DNA from: a virus
Reading direction: 5' to 3' (one strand)
IMG/VR virus record: IMGVR_UViG_3300020474_000007
Coordinates: 1-64,000 of that record
Length of the DNA stretch: 64,000 nucleotides
A program made the position numbers and the translations under genes. Positions 38,414 to 48,910 of this stretch are shown one piece after another (the stretch's first letter is position 1; every line of letters starts with the position of its first letter). The notes below the pieces were generated by a model, which saw only the letters and a program-made list of their open reading frames with translations, was not told the origin of the DNA and ran no database searches.

Positions 38414-41400
38414 CAAATAGTATAGCAAGATCTTCCCACTACTACGGAGATGGCTGGCCCTCGTCTGGACTTGTCATACCTCAAGGTTTATCTACTGGTG
38501 GCTGGACGAGACAATCCAGAGGTTATCCGCAACAAACATTTCTTGGCGCTAGTATACGTAGTTTCAATATGCAGGCGGGTTTTGGAGATACCAGTTCAAC
38601 TCTTACCGTAGATATGGTTGTTGACGAGTTTAATAAATCTGACGGAACTAAACTTGGACTTGGTGATGATGTATACCATAGCGGTGAGCATGATTCTTTT
38701 ATGGCTCCTTTTGTCGGATCTCCAGTATTCTTTAAATTTGGTCGTGATTTTGCGACCGTAACAGATGCTTTTCAAACCGCTTATGATGTTGCGTTTAGTG
38801 TGTCTGGGATAACTAACTCTGGAATTACTTGGACAGAAGGAGGCAATGCTTACGACTCTATTGACCAAATTACTTCTTTGTCAAGCGGTGAATTTTTTAA
38901 TTTAGAAACTAGCGGAATAGACACAGTAGTAATAGATGAAAATATAGGAAGACTTCATACTACTTTTGGAGGCATATTGCAATCTTACATTCAAAATAAA
39001 AGCCCCAATGGTGAACCTGTTTATACTGTTCAAGTGGTTGACCCCAGAGAAATACTTTCTAATGTAAAACTTATTTTAAATAACTATGCTGGCACTACTT
39101 TTGAATCTGATAATATCTACAATGTTTTTGGATTTCTTGAACATAATCTAACTAGAACACAGACTTCGGAAATGGTTTCAACTTTCGGCCCAGCATCAAA
39201 ACTGGAAAGACTCGTTGATACTAGTGGAAATGTATCTTTTTCTGGCACAGATACTTTTACTGGTGATGGAGAAAATGGACTTATTTCTACGAATCCAGAT
39301 CCTAGTGGTAGTCAACAAAGTGATTTTTTTGGACCAGATAAATTTCCAATGACGGGTACGGGATTTTCTAGAAGGTCAGATCAAGGTATGCCATATTACA
39401 GAATAAATCAAGCGATAAGAGCTTTGATGGAAAGAGATGTGGACTTACCCAAGGTTTTCAAAACTACAAAATACGGCGATAAAATAAACTTTAGGGGATT
39501 TAAATATGTAGTTGATTTAGAAGGTTTGCCTAAATTGCCAGCATTTTATTATATTGATTACGATGAAATGAATCTGATGGATCTCTGTTTGGAGATATGT
39601 GAGGCTACTAATCATGATCTTTTTGTTAACTTGCTTCCTATAATTGATAGGCCAGAGGTTCAAAAGACATACGATGACAACATTCAAGCTATGAATGATA
39701 CAGTGACAGTTGTTGGCGACGATGAAGAAGAGGAGAAAGAATTAGTTGCGGGACTTATCAAAGTTACTGCTATAGACAGAAGTAAGCCGCCTGATATTGG
39801 TGCTGTGCAAAAATATTTAAATGATTTAGATGTTCAAGGAATTGTTGTAGAACAAAAAGACTTGGGATATGAACTGTCTAATGTTACTACTGAAAAATTT
39901 ATACTTGGTGGTCAAGAAACAAATATGCATTTATTTAGCACTCAGGCTGATCGCGGAATGTATGCGAGAAATCAAAGGGGAGAGGGTGATGGAGCTGAAC
40001 CACTTGGAACACAGTGGGATTTATTAAACTCTTTAAAACAGCAATTAGTACCATACTATGGCACTCTTAGCGATGGAGTGGTATCAATTCCAAAGGGATA
40101 TGGCTCATACCAGCAAATACTTTTAGATACAACGTCTTTGTTTGCTAATGGCGTTGGGGATTACTACGTTGCTACAGAGATGGAGCTAAGATGCGCTTTG
40201 ATATCTTACGAAAAATGGGTTCAGTTTTTAATGGAGTACAACGATAAATATCTAGAGTCCGTGGAGGAAGATGATCTGATAGAGGGCAACGCCGTAGAAG
40301 GAACAGCTCCTAGCGATTTGCCTGATGGTCTAGGGGACAAAGATTTGGTTATCTCCAATAATTATGCGGTTACTGTTCCTAGATGTGTTTGGCCTACATA
40401 TAGCTCTTCTGGAGTTAGTAAATTTGGAGAAGATGACCTTCCAACTAGCGCTTGTCATCCTCCATATGGATATCCTCTTTATTATAAAAGAGCAACCAAG
40501 CTAGGCATACCTCAAGCTGGTTTAGCGAAATTGTCATACACTTGGAATTCCCAGATTCTTCCGAAGATAACTAAGTTAAAAGCTAATAAAGACGGAGAAA
40601 ATTACCAGACATTACTTTCAGATGGCTGGACAGATTTCAAGAAAGATATTTTCCAAGATTCTAATGGAAATACTGATCCATTGCTTTCTTCCTTCCTTGG
40701 TTATGTTGAAAACGCCGTTTCTGGATATGCTACGGATGTTGCGATAAATATTATAGAAGACAGAGTTTCAGATATCAATAAAGCCGCAGCTTCTTTCCCC
40801 TCAATGTCTAGAAAAGCTACTGCTAATGCAAAAAAAGTTCATTCGCATTTAAAAAATATAGCTTCGGAATGTTTGGGTAAAAAGTTTCTTGTTAAGCTAC
40901 CTCACAAAACATCTAAATATTTTAATTACAATATTGAAAATGACGGCGGTATGCATATGAGCGGGCCTTATGGATTTAACAGAGTTACGCCTTCTGGAAG
41001 AGATTATCAAAACAATCAACAAGACGCAGGAGCTGGTAAAAAAAACTCCGCTTGGATGCAAGACTTTTTAGAACCAGTTCGCGCTGCTGGTAATTCTGGG
41101 GTAGATGTTAATCACAAGTCTAATTATAATGGAGCTGCTAATTCTAATTATGATTCTATAGACGACACTATACGATTCAACTACCTCCCATCTGCTCAGG
41201 GTGGATTTTTTAATCACAATCTGATGGAAGAAATCATGCCTCTGACTTTAGTTAATTCTGGACTACCATCTGGAATGAAACAATTACTGATACCCAATGA
41301 TCTAAAACATTTTGTTAACGACAACGGAAGAATTTCCTGCTATGTCAGATTTGATAATAGTCAGGATTTGTCTTTTGCAGGAATTAATCCTAGTCATTTT

Positions 41401-43110
41401 AGTCAACAGGTTATATCTGATTTGCCAGAAGGATCTGAGATTGTAGATGTCACACCAGATATTGCTGAGCAACTAGACAACCTAGAAGAAAGTAGCACAA
41501 ATTTTACTCGTTTAGAATCTAGTCTTCCTGAACAATATAAAAACGAATCTGCCGCCAAAGATAATACAAAAAAATCTGTAGCATTTGTTAGGGCTAATAT
41601 AGATGAAAAACTGTATTTGGTTCCACGGGCTGTTAATGCGCCGACCGTTGTATTTGCACAACAGGTTATAGAAGAAGATGCGTGGACAAAACCCAAGCCT
41701 GTGTTAAACTCTGCTGGAGAAGTAGAGCTGACTTTGCCTTTAAAGCATTCAATTTTTATACCTGCTTCCGGTGAGGGGGAAACCATTAGTATTTTCGATT
41801 GGAAGAGGAATTACAATTACATCACATCTTCTTGGCTGATAGACACGGACAAGTCCGCATTAGATTATACGTCTATCTACGCTTTAATTACCTTGCCGGG
41901 AAGAATACAGCCTACAAAAGATTCTAGATTTAGAGATGGTCCTTATCAACTTTTTAAACCAGACACATTTAAACATTTCTTAACTATGGACGTTGTTAAA
42001 GGAGTTCAAGGTTTTGATAAACCAGCGTATCAAAATGGTCCCCCTACTAACTTAATTAATTGCTTTAGTGAAAACAGACAAAAGGCAGCTAAAAGCCTTC
42101 ACGAAAAAGCTTTGTCTCAACTTTCATACGCTTTTCCACAGCGTATAGACTTGATGAGTCCCTCTCCTGTTTTTCCAGATTTTATTAGTCTACCATTAAT
42201 GTCTAAAGAAAGATGCTACGGACCTTGGGTGGCTACTCAATTGTATGAGACAAGTAGCGGAACTACTGTAAGCAGGAAATATAAAGATCTTGGCGGTTCC
42301 GTAGAAGTCATTAAGGATGAATTTTTGGCTCCTTGGAATTTTGCTGGATATCCCAACATGAATGAGATGGGCAAGCAAAAGGCTAAGTTCTCAAATAGTT
42401 TATTATTATTGTCTGAGCGCGGAGGATTCGTTGTTCCTTCGGCTCCCAGTGGAGTTACCTTAGCCAATGAGTTGAGAAGTACAGGACCATTAGTTACTAA
42501 TATAGGAGTTGATATATCTACTAATGGAATAAAAACAACTTATCAGTTAGATTTGTACACCAATAGTTTTGGGAAATTACAAAAACAAAAAGAACAACAG
42601 CTATCAAGAGCTAGTAGAGATAGACAAAAATCTTTAGATGAAAAGAACGGTTTAATTAGAAGAAGTGCTGGAAAAAATCAAGTAGATTTAAATTATGAAA
42701 TATTAAGACAAGAAATAGACACTAAGATGAAAGAGCTGTCACAACTTATTGGAGCTACAGATCACACTATGACATCTAGGACAGATCTTGTTGCCAGTGT
42801 AAAGTCTACCACGGTGGAGATGTTTAACGCTTCTACAAACCAAAAAGAGCAAGTTAAAAGAACTGGTGTTGACATTTCTACACAAGCTCCAGACACGGCT
42901 CAAAAAGTAGGATCTATGTTTCCAACTCAACAAGCAAACCAAAAAGCTTACTACAATGCTGCCGGGGGATCTATGTCAGAGATGTATACTCCAGTTTCTA
43001 TGGAGCCATATCATCCTAATATGCCTTCAAAACCAGCAACAAAAGCTACAGACGCAGAGAGATTTCATGAAAGAACAGCAGAAAAAACTATAACTATTTA
43101 CGAGGACTAA
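38410..43110 (+). CDS. Putative baseplate hub/tail tip protein
   Basis: 1566 aa; N-terminal 'FLGASI.SF....G....SSTLTV..V.D' and C-terminal 'VTNI.V.I...GI.TTY.L' strands typical of hub (gp27/Tal-like) proteins; C-terminal coiled coil. Confidence 0.5.
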   Translation: MTNSIARSSHYYGDGWPSSGLVIPQGLSTGGWTRQSRGYPQQTFLGASIRSFNMQAGFGDTSSTLTVDMVVDEFNKSDGTKLGLGDDVYHSGEHDSFMAPFVGSPVFFKFGRDFATVTDAFQTAYDVAFSVSGITNSGITWTEGGNAYDSIDQITSLSSGEFFNLETSGIDTVVIDENIGRLHTTFGGILQSYIQNKSPNGEPVYTVQVVDPREILSNVKLILNNYAGTTFESDNIYNVFGFLEHNLTRTQTSEMVSTFGPASKLERLVDTSGNVSFSGTDTFTGDGENGLISTNPDPSGSQQSDFFGPDKFPMTGTGFSRRSDQGMPYYRINQAIRALMERDVDLPKVFKTTKYGDKINFRGFKYVVDLEGLPKLPAFYYIDYDEMNLMDLCLEICEATNHDLFVNLLPIIDRPEVQKTYDDNIQAMNDTVTVVGDDEEEEKELVAGLIKVTAIDRSKPPDIGAVQKYLNDLDVQGIVVEQKDLGYELSNVTTEKFILGGQETNMHLFSTQADRGMYARNQRGEGDGAEPLGTQWDLLNSLKQQLVPYYGTLSDGVVSIPKGYGSYQQILLDTTSLFANGVGDYYVATEMELRCALISYEKWVQFLMEYNDKYLESVEEDDLIEGNAVEGTAPSDLPDGLGDKDLVISNNYAVTVPRCVWPTYSSSGVSKFGEDDLPTSACHPPYGYPLYYKRATKLGIPQAGLAKLSYTWNSQILPKITKLKANKDGENYQTLLSDGWTDFKKDIFQDSNGNTDPLLSSFLGYVENAVSGYATDVAINIIEDRVSDINKAAASFPSMSRKATANAKKVHSHLKNIASECLGKKFLVKLPHKTSKYFNYNIENDGGMHMSGPYGFNRVTPSGRDYQNNQQDAGAGKKNSAWMQDFLEPVRAAGNSGVDVNHKSNYNGAANSNYDSIDDTIRFNYLPSAQGGFFNHNLMEEIMPLTLVNSGLPSGMKQLLIPNDLKHFVNDNGRISCYVRFDNSQDLSFAGINPSHFSQQVISDLPEGSEIVDVTPDIAEQLDNLEESSTNFTRLESSLPEQYKNESAAKDNTKKSVAFVRANIDEKLYLVPRAVNAPTVVFAQQVIEEDAWTKPKPVLNSAGEVELTLPLKHSIFIPASGEGETISIFDWKRNYNYITSSWLIDTDKSALDYTSIYALITLPGRIQPTKDSRFRDGPYQLFKPDTFKHFLTMDVVKGVQGFDKPAYQNGPPTNLINCFSENRQKAAKSLHEKALSQLSYAFPQRIDLMSPSPVFPDFISLPLMSKERCYGPWVATQLYETSSGTTVSRKYKDLGGSVEVIKDEFLAPWNFAGYPNMNEMGKQKAKFSNSLLLLSERGGFVVPSAPSGVTLANELRSTGPLVTNIGVDISTNGIKTTYQLDLYTNSFGKLQKQKEQQLSRASRDRQKSLDEKNGLIRRSAGKNQVDLNYEILRQEIDTKMKELSQLIGATDHTMTSRTDLVASVKSTTVEMFNASTNQKEQVKRTGVDISTQAPDTAQKVGSMFPTQQANQKAYYNAAGGSMSEMYTPVSMEPYHPNMPSKPATKATDAERFHERTAEKTITIYED

Positions 43111-43112
43111 GC

Positions 43113-46100
43113 ATGGCTTATAAAGGAAATTTAAATATACCAATTGAAGAAAATCATTTAATTGTTATAGATGATCCAGATTTAATAGAATTAGGCATAC
43201 CCGCGTTTTCTAAAAAGGGTTTAGATCAACTAGTAAATGATCCGTCTACATATAAAGGTCTTGAACAGTTTCTTTTAAAAAAGAAGGGTAATGATGCTTG
43301 CGCTAGTGGAGAACTAGATCCACAAGAAATAAAAGATCTATTTTTAGGTAAATCTTTTCAGCCTATTTATGGAAAATTTAATTTAGGAGATAAAAAATAC
43401 GAAGCTTCTCCAATTCCTGTTAGTGTTGCCGATGGAGATAGTACAATATCAGACTTGATTGATCAACACGAAAGTGTTATCAATAATATTGGTAATTTCG
43501 CCGCTGTTTCAGATAGCGATTTTGCCCAAGTCATTCAAGATATAAATAACAGTCCATCTGGATGTTTAAATTTTACAACAGACTATGGAATTGCTGGGAG
43601 GGTTTATTTCCAAAGCCCTAAAAACAAAGATTCACGAAGGCTGGTGGTTTCTGCTGGAGATCCAATTTTAGCCACTTCTCCGAGACGAGCCACAGGGGGT
43701 AAATACACATTTTCTAGCACAGAGAAAAAACAATTGAATGATAGTGCAGAAGATGGTTTTGGACAAATCGGCTGTTTTGATCCATACAATGATAAACTTC
43801 CTAAAGCTGACACGGATGTAGTTGGGAGGATGCGACTAAATTACAACAAAGCTCTTGGGTATTTTGAGTCTGGTTCTCAAACTATTTTGGCTAGACTAAC
43901 AGACGATCTTGATCCTGTGGACGCTAGAGAATTAGATATGGATGCTGTAGATGTATTAAAACCCAAAGATTTATATGATAAAGAGTCACCAAGTTTTATA
44001 TCTGCATTCACTTCTTCTTTTGCTATGCCTTTATCTGCACATAATGGTAATCCTCACACTCATGGTCCTAATATTGTTAATTCGACTACGTATGAAAAAG
44101 AATATATTAGAGTTGTTAATAGGGCTGGAAGAGGCTGGAAGAAGGGCGAATTGGTGTTATGCACACTGATTGACAATGAGTGGATTGTTCATGATTTTGG
44201 ACCCGCACAATTAAGTCAAGGAAAAGTACAATTAGGCAAGTGGCAATTTGTTAAAATGCTTGCAGATACTGACGCTTATTTTGCAGACGATAGACGATTT
44301 TGGCTAAACGCAATCTTTTATGAAAATGGAGCAAACCCATACGATAGGGCTATTAAGGGTACAGAATATCCCATACGTATGAGAGCTAGATTTTATGAAT
44401 CAATAAACAGTTACGATAGCGCCACTTTGAAATTAGATGGTCTAAACAACACATTTGCTATATGCTCAGAAAACGTAAGTGTTATCAATTCTCTTGATAA
44501 AATGTCAAAAACAGCACAGATGCCCGATAATGTTGCCGATTTGACAGATTTCCAGCCTAGTACTAGATATGTTCAAACTAGTGCATTTGACTTACTAGGC
44601 AAACACATGGGCGGTAATAATGATTTAGGAAATATCATCGGAAGGACAAATAATCAAGTTAGTCCAGACCCCTTGGCTCAAGATCAAAGAGCAGAGTTCG
44701 CCCAAGATGTTCCATTCTGGTTTGGGCCGATACTTCCAGACGGTTACGCATCAGCCACAACATTACGCTTATTGTCTAGCGGTATTAACGCAATTGCTAT
44801 GGGTTCAGGAATTGTTACTGGCGGGCTATTAGATGTTACTAACAATAGTTGTGATAATAATATGTTATCAAGAATGTCTGCTGATGCGCCTCCTGACGAC
44901 GACGATGATGACGGCGATGATGACGGCGATGATGACGATGGCAGTGATGATGATGACAACGATAATGCCACAGAAATTCCTCCCGTCTTTGGTGCAGACG
45001 ATGACGATACTGTTTGTCTTGAGGAATTATTCATGTTTGCCAATCGATTCGATTACTCGTTAGCCCAACTACCAGCAGAGTACGCTCTTAATGCTTCACC
45101 AAGCGGCTTGTTTGGTTATCCTGTAGAACACATATCTCAACTTGTGTACCACGAAAGATCGTCAACAAACGCAGGATCTCCTATAGCCAAAGCCTATAAT
45201 ACTTTTTTGCGTTCTGATTCAAATAGATTTCATTATCTTGCAACACCAGACGGAGCTAGTGAATTTTTAGATCTACAGCCAATTAATAAAACCAATATAC
45301 AATTCTCTCCATTGCAATATGTTTTTGCAGGACACGCTGATAAGAGTCTTTCAAAAGAGATTTTAGAAATGGGCGATACTCATGCGGGGCAAAGAATAAT
45401 TCAAGATTATGGTAATACTTGGGATATGGCTAGAGAGTTATTAGCCAAGGTGAGGAGTCAAAGCAGTTTTTGGGGAAATATGCTTACAAGAGAAGAGGCT
45501 CTTACTAGTCATAGTTTTTCGGCTGATAGTACTGGCTTTATACCTAAAGGACATACTAATATAGTTTGGGATAAATATATTTTTAGAAAACCTAGAAATC
45601 ACGTTATATCACCTTATGCCTTTTATCAAACTGATCCAAGAGGAGATCAATATGATGGAGCGAATTTAATGCATATAACATACGCCAAAAATACTGCTAG
45701 AATTGGCTCAGCGGGTGTTGTTCAATTAAATTGCACTTTTGATTATGGACTTCCTTACAGGTCTAGGAGTATGGGGGGCCAAGTAACACCTATTAGCGCC
45801 TTGCCAATTATGGGTATGCCTGTATTTGGTGGAGGTACAAATCCAATCAGATCTTATACTAATCCTCAGTGGGGTAACGAAGGTTCTACTTTACAAGAAT
45901 ATTCTGGAGGATTGACTTTATACGCATCGCTGTTTGACCACTGGCCTGAAGAAGACACAATATGTGATCCGCGATATGATTGTCCTTTGCATTTTCTTCC
46001 GGGCAAATTGCATGTAGATGACGTTGTTATGAAAACTCAAACGGAAGACGTTGGTAAAGTCTACGAAGGGGATTGGGTTCCAGCTCATCCATCAGGATTA

Positions 46101-46934
46101 TATACTACAGCAAAGTTGGCTCAGGCAGACTATGAAAGAACTATAGATGTTCCAGAAACTACTGTTGATTTTAGAGTTCCCACGTATGGACACCCATTTG
46201 AACCTGATGTAGACAACACTATTGTCCCAGAGGGGCAACTTATTAATAGAGTTGGCGTTGCAACAGGGTCAGAATACACAGAGACCGTTGGGATACTTAG
46301 GCCCAAAGGAGAATGGAGAATTAATCCAATTTGTAGGGGCATGATGGTTACTAGTTCTCACGGCTTTAGGTACTGGCAAAGAGTCATTGGTCTAAATCCT
46401 GATGACTATACTGTAGTTACTAGGGGAGCAGGAATGTTGCCTTTGCAAAAAGTGGAAGACAGTACTAATAATTTTGTATTAGAGGTTAATAGTGACGACA
46501 CAGGGGATGGAACTAGTTTTACATTTACTGATAAAGGAGAAGGATTCTCGCCTTCTAGCTTTGATAGGATGCATACTAGGGCTGACGAGAATGGCGATGA
46601 ACAGATATATCATGGCGTTTTGGTAACAATACCGGGAGTTGGTGAAGACACTGAAATCGTATTTCACACTGGTCTTGTGTGGGACAAACCGCGAGAAACT
46701 ATCTACCCAAAATTCCACGGAAAAGTTCTCTGTACAGAGCCAGATGCAGCAGAGGAAGAAGGGTACAAAACAGGGTCAAAAAGCACCAGTATAGGCATAT
46801 TGGAGAGGAGTCCTGACGGGTTATATGACATTTTCTTACATTTTGCCCACGATGTAACGTTTGTGGATTGGTCTCGCGGAGCTGACACTATAGGGCTTTT
46901 GCAGCAAGTAAATTTAAATATAGGCGCTGCTTAA
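43113..46934 (+). CDS. Large tail tip-associated protein with poly-Asp tract
   Basis: 1273-aa ORF following the hub; 'KGELVLC.LID.EW' motif; function not recognised. Confidence 0.5.
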   Translation: MAYKGNLNIPIEENHLIVIDDPDLIELGIPAFSKKGLDQLVNDPSTYKGLEQFLLKKKGNDACASGELDPQEIKDLFLGKSFQPIYGKFNLGDKKYEASPIPVSVADGDSTISDLIDQHESVINNIGNFAAVSDSDFAQVIQDINNSPSGCLNFTTDYGIAGRVYFQSPKNKDSRRLVVSAGDPILATSPRRATGGKYTFSSTEKKQLNDSAEDGFGQIGCFDPYNDKLPKADTDVVGRMRLNYNKALGYFESGSQTILARLTDDLDPVDARELDMDAVDVLKPKDLYDKESPSFISAFTSSFAMPLSAHNGNPHTHGPNIVNSTTYEKEYIRVVNRAGRGWKKGELVLCTLIDNEWIVHDFGPAQLSQGKVQLGKWQFVKMLADTDAYFADDRRFWLNAIFYENGANPYDRAIKGTEYPIRMRARFYESINSYDSATLKLDGLNNTFAICSENVSVINSLDKMSKTAQMPDNVADLTDFQPSTRYVQTSAFDLLGKHMGGNNDLGNIIGRTNNQVSPDPLAQDQRAEFAQDVPFWFGPILPDGYASATTLRLLSSGINAIAMGSGIVTGGLLDVTNNSCDNNMLSRMSADAPPDDDDDDGDDDGDDDDGSDDDDNDNATEIPPVFGADDDDTVCLEELFMFANRFDYSLAQLPAEYALNASPSGLFGYPVEHISQLVYHERSSTNAGSPIAKAYNTFLRSDSNRFHYLATPDGASEFLDLQPINKTNIQFSPLQYVFAGHADKSLSKEILEMGDTHAGQRIIQDYGNTWDMARELLAKVRSQSSFWGNMLTREEALTSHSFSADSTGFIPKGHTNIVWDKYIFRKPRNHVISPYAFYQTDPRGDQYDGANLMHITYAKNTARIGSAGVVQLNCTFDYGLPYRSRSMGGQVTPISALPIMGMPVFGGGTNPIRSYTNPQWGNEGSTLQEYSGGLTLYASLFDHWPEEDTICDPRYDCPLHFLPGKLHVDDVVMKTQTEDVGKVYEGDWVPAHPSGLYTTAKLAQADYERTIDVPETTVDFRVPTYGHPFEPDVDNTIVPEGQLINRVGVATGSEYTETVGILRPKGEWRINPICRGMMVTSSHGFRYWQRVIGLNPDDYTVVTRGAGMLPLQKVEDSTNNFVLEVNSDDTGDGTSFTFTDKGEGFSPSSFDRMHTRADENGDEQIYHGVLVTIPGVGEDTEIVFHTGLVWDKPRETIYPKFHGKVLCTEPDAAEEEGYKTGSKSTSIGILERSPDGLYDIFLHFAHDVTFVDWSRGADTIGLLQQVNLNIGAA
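44895..44963 (+). repeat. Poly-Asp (GAY)n low-complexity tract
   Basis: Encodes DDDDDDGDDDGDDDDGSDDDDND. Confidence 0.95.
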
Positions 46935-46938
46935 TTTC

Positions 46939-46954
46939 GTGTATAATATTCTAG
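46939..46954 (+). promoter_or_regulatory. GTGTATA-N6-TAG motif (copy 5)
   Basis: GTGTATAATATTCTAG, intergenic, 29 nt before ATG 46983. Confidence 0.65.
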
Positions 46955-46982
46955 ACAATTGTTCTATTTCAAGGAGAATCCA

Positions 46983-47765
46983 ATGGCAGCAGAGATTAAA
47001 TTTTACGGAAATATTTTGAATCTAGCAGATAATTCGGCTCCAGATGGCAGGCTGATTGCTCATGGAGCAGGATCTGGTCTAGGCTTTTATGGGCCGGGAT
47101 TTCAGGTTTCTGTGCCAGTAGGAAGCTACCAAGACAAAACATATATTACAGACGAAAACGGAGCAGCTGAAGGTTCAGAGCTTTCAAACACAATGCCCGG
47201 AGTTGTTGGCGCGGTTTCTGAAGGCGTTGTAACACAAGGTGGTACAGTCAAAACTGGTGGTGGTGGATCTGCTGCAACTGCTATTGCTTTAGATCAACTG
47301 CCTAACTATCAATGTCCTCTTAATATTAGATTTACAAACGATGTGGCTGTAAAAACACAAAATTGTAAATTAAGAGTATTTAATAGAGCTAATAAAGATT
47401 ACAAAGCAAAAGAAGTTACCACATACGTTTATGAAGCTCGTCACCCTTCAGTCACTCCTGCTGATGGTCAATTAGCCCATCGAGCGAACGCCCATAATGT
47501 TTGGACTACTTTTCAAGGGCGAGCTGCTAGCGATCCGCTTTTAGGCAATGTGCCTACAGATATGAATTTGACCCCTTCTCCCGGTCAGTATGGCAAGAAC
47601 GGAAATTCCAGCGACACTGTTGCAGCTAAAGGCTGGAGTTCTCAGGAGGGTGCGCCTCACTTAGCGACAAGGCACGATTGGTATTTAGCCATTGCTTCTT
47701 CGCCTGATACAATTGGTAGCAAAAAAGACTATGGACTATATTATACTCTAGAATATTTAGAGTAA
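46983..47765 (+). CDS. Putative virion structural protein
   Basis: Start moved to ATG 46983 (AAGGAG SD) from the track's TTG at 46959; G/A-rich; has its own copy of the motif. Confidence 0.6.
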   Translation: MAAEIKFYGNILNLADNSAPDGRLIAHGAGSGLGFYGPGFQVSVPVGSYQDKTYITDENGAAEGSELSNTMPGVVGAVSEGVVTQGGTVKTGGGGSAATAIALDQLPNYQCPLNIRFTNDVAVKTQNCKLRVFNRANKDYKAKEVTTYVYEARHPSVTPADGQLAHRANAHNVWTTFQGRAASDPLLGNVPTDMNLTPSPGQYGKNGNSSDTVAAKGWSSQEGAPHLATRHDWYLAIASSPDTIGSKKDYGLYYTLEYLE

Positions 47766-47802
47766 ATAAAAAGGGGGCATTTCTGCCCCCCTCATATTTT
47801 TT
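47764..47802. terminator. Bidirectional rho-independent terminator
   Basis: Stem AGGGGGCA-TTTC-TGCCCCCT (47772-47791), flanked by an A-run on the left and a T-run on the right, between convergent gene blocks. Confidence 0.85.
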
Positions 47803-48133
47803 ATTCTGCCTGTTTAGTCTTTGGATTCCATTTAGTCCAACCGCCGTCTGGTAGCCAATTGTCACCATCCTTGCGCTTGGGGAATAGACCTCCACCCTTT
47901 TTCATTGATCCAAACGCTAGCTTGGCTCCACAGTCTAAACATCGTAGCTCGAAATATTCATTCTCATCTACAGTTCTAACAACGAATCTGAGATTTTCAG
48001 ATCCACATTTGCCACACTTTGTTTCCTCAAACACCTCTTGAAATCTTGAGATTTGAGTAAATAATTCTCTATGCGTATCCGCATCAAATTCTGCTGTAAT
48101 TCTATTGTTTGCTGTCGTATATGAAAGCTTCAT
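47801..48133 (-). CDS. Zinc-ribbon protein
   Basis: CGKC...CLDC pairs. Confidence 0.7.
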   Translation of the reverse strand: MKLSYTTANNRITAEFDADTHRELFTQISRFQEVFEETKCGKCGSENLRFVVRTVDENEYFELRCLDCGAKLAFGSMKKGGGLFPKRKDGDNWLPDGGWTKWNPKTKQAE

Positions 48134-48910
48134 TTAGTTTCTCCATTCTTCGTTATATCCTACGAACTCTGTAGGAATTGTACTTTTGTCCCGCTGATAA
48201 TCATTTAATACATCAATAATATCACTAGCTACTTTCTTAGAAATCTTGCGATTATTATCTACTTTGAACTTATTCTTGAATAACTTACCTCCATTTACAT
48301 TTAGTTGCTTACACTTAATATCAATAAAATTGTATTGAGCATCGCTCATCCGTGCGGAGTCATTATAGTCTCCACCACTACTATTATTCTGCTTTGAAAG
48401 ATCACGAACAATCTTTGCTGTGTCTTTCTTTGTCAGTTCTTCTGCCGCAACGCCCTTGATCTTTAGAACCTTTCGTAAAGCTCTGGCCTCTGCGCGAGTG
48501 CTAGCAATCGCTACGGCAAAAGCGCAGAACATGTCGTCAGTATTTCCCTCCCAAGAGTCTGCCACCTCTGAGCATCGCAGGCCACTAGCAAATTCTATAG
48601 TGAATATGACTGTTGCTCTGCCGTGGTGATCATCACGATCTGTTGGTTTAACCCAAGTTGGTCCACTAAAAGACATTGGGCCTAATACTATTTCAGAGAC
48701 TCTTCTAAGCCCAGTTACAAGTGGATGACCGTTCATCAACTCATCTTCTTGAAACAGCGTCATAGCGTAATCATGCCACTCTGGAGATAGCATAGATGGA
48801 GCATCTGACGGCGTTATATCTTTTACTGACGTATCAGTGTTTGACGGTGTACTCAATTCTTCTACTCCTTCAAATAGGTTTTCTTCTAGTTGCATTTCTT
48901 TACCTTTCAT
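48134..48910 (-). CDS. Rad52/Sak-like single-strand annealing recombinase
   Basis: 'ATV.FTI.F...EVAD...A.A.TRA..RALR..L.I' core; C-terminal 'SDAQ..FI...ISK..AS.IID.L' motif. Confidence 0.55.
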   Translation of the reverse strand: MKGKEMQLEENLFEGVEELSTPSNTDTSVKDITPSDAPSMLSPEWHDYAMTLFQEDELMNGHPLVTGLRRVSEIVLGPMSFSGPTWVKPTDRDDHHGRATVIFTIEFASGLRCSEVADSWEGNTDDMFCAFAVAIASTRAEARALRKVLKIKGVAAEELTKKDTAKIVRDLSKQNNSSGGDYNDSARMSDAQYNFIDIKCKQLNVNGGKLFKNKFKVDNNRKISKKVASDIIDVLNDYQRDKSTIPTEFVGYNEEWRN

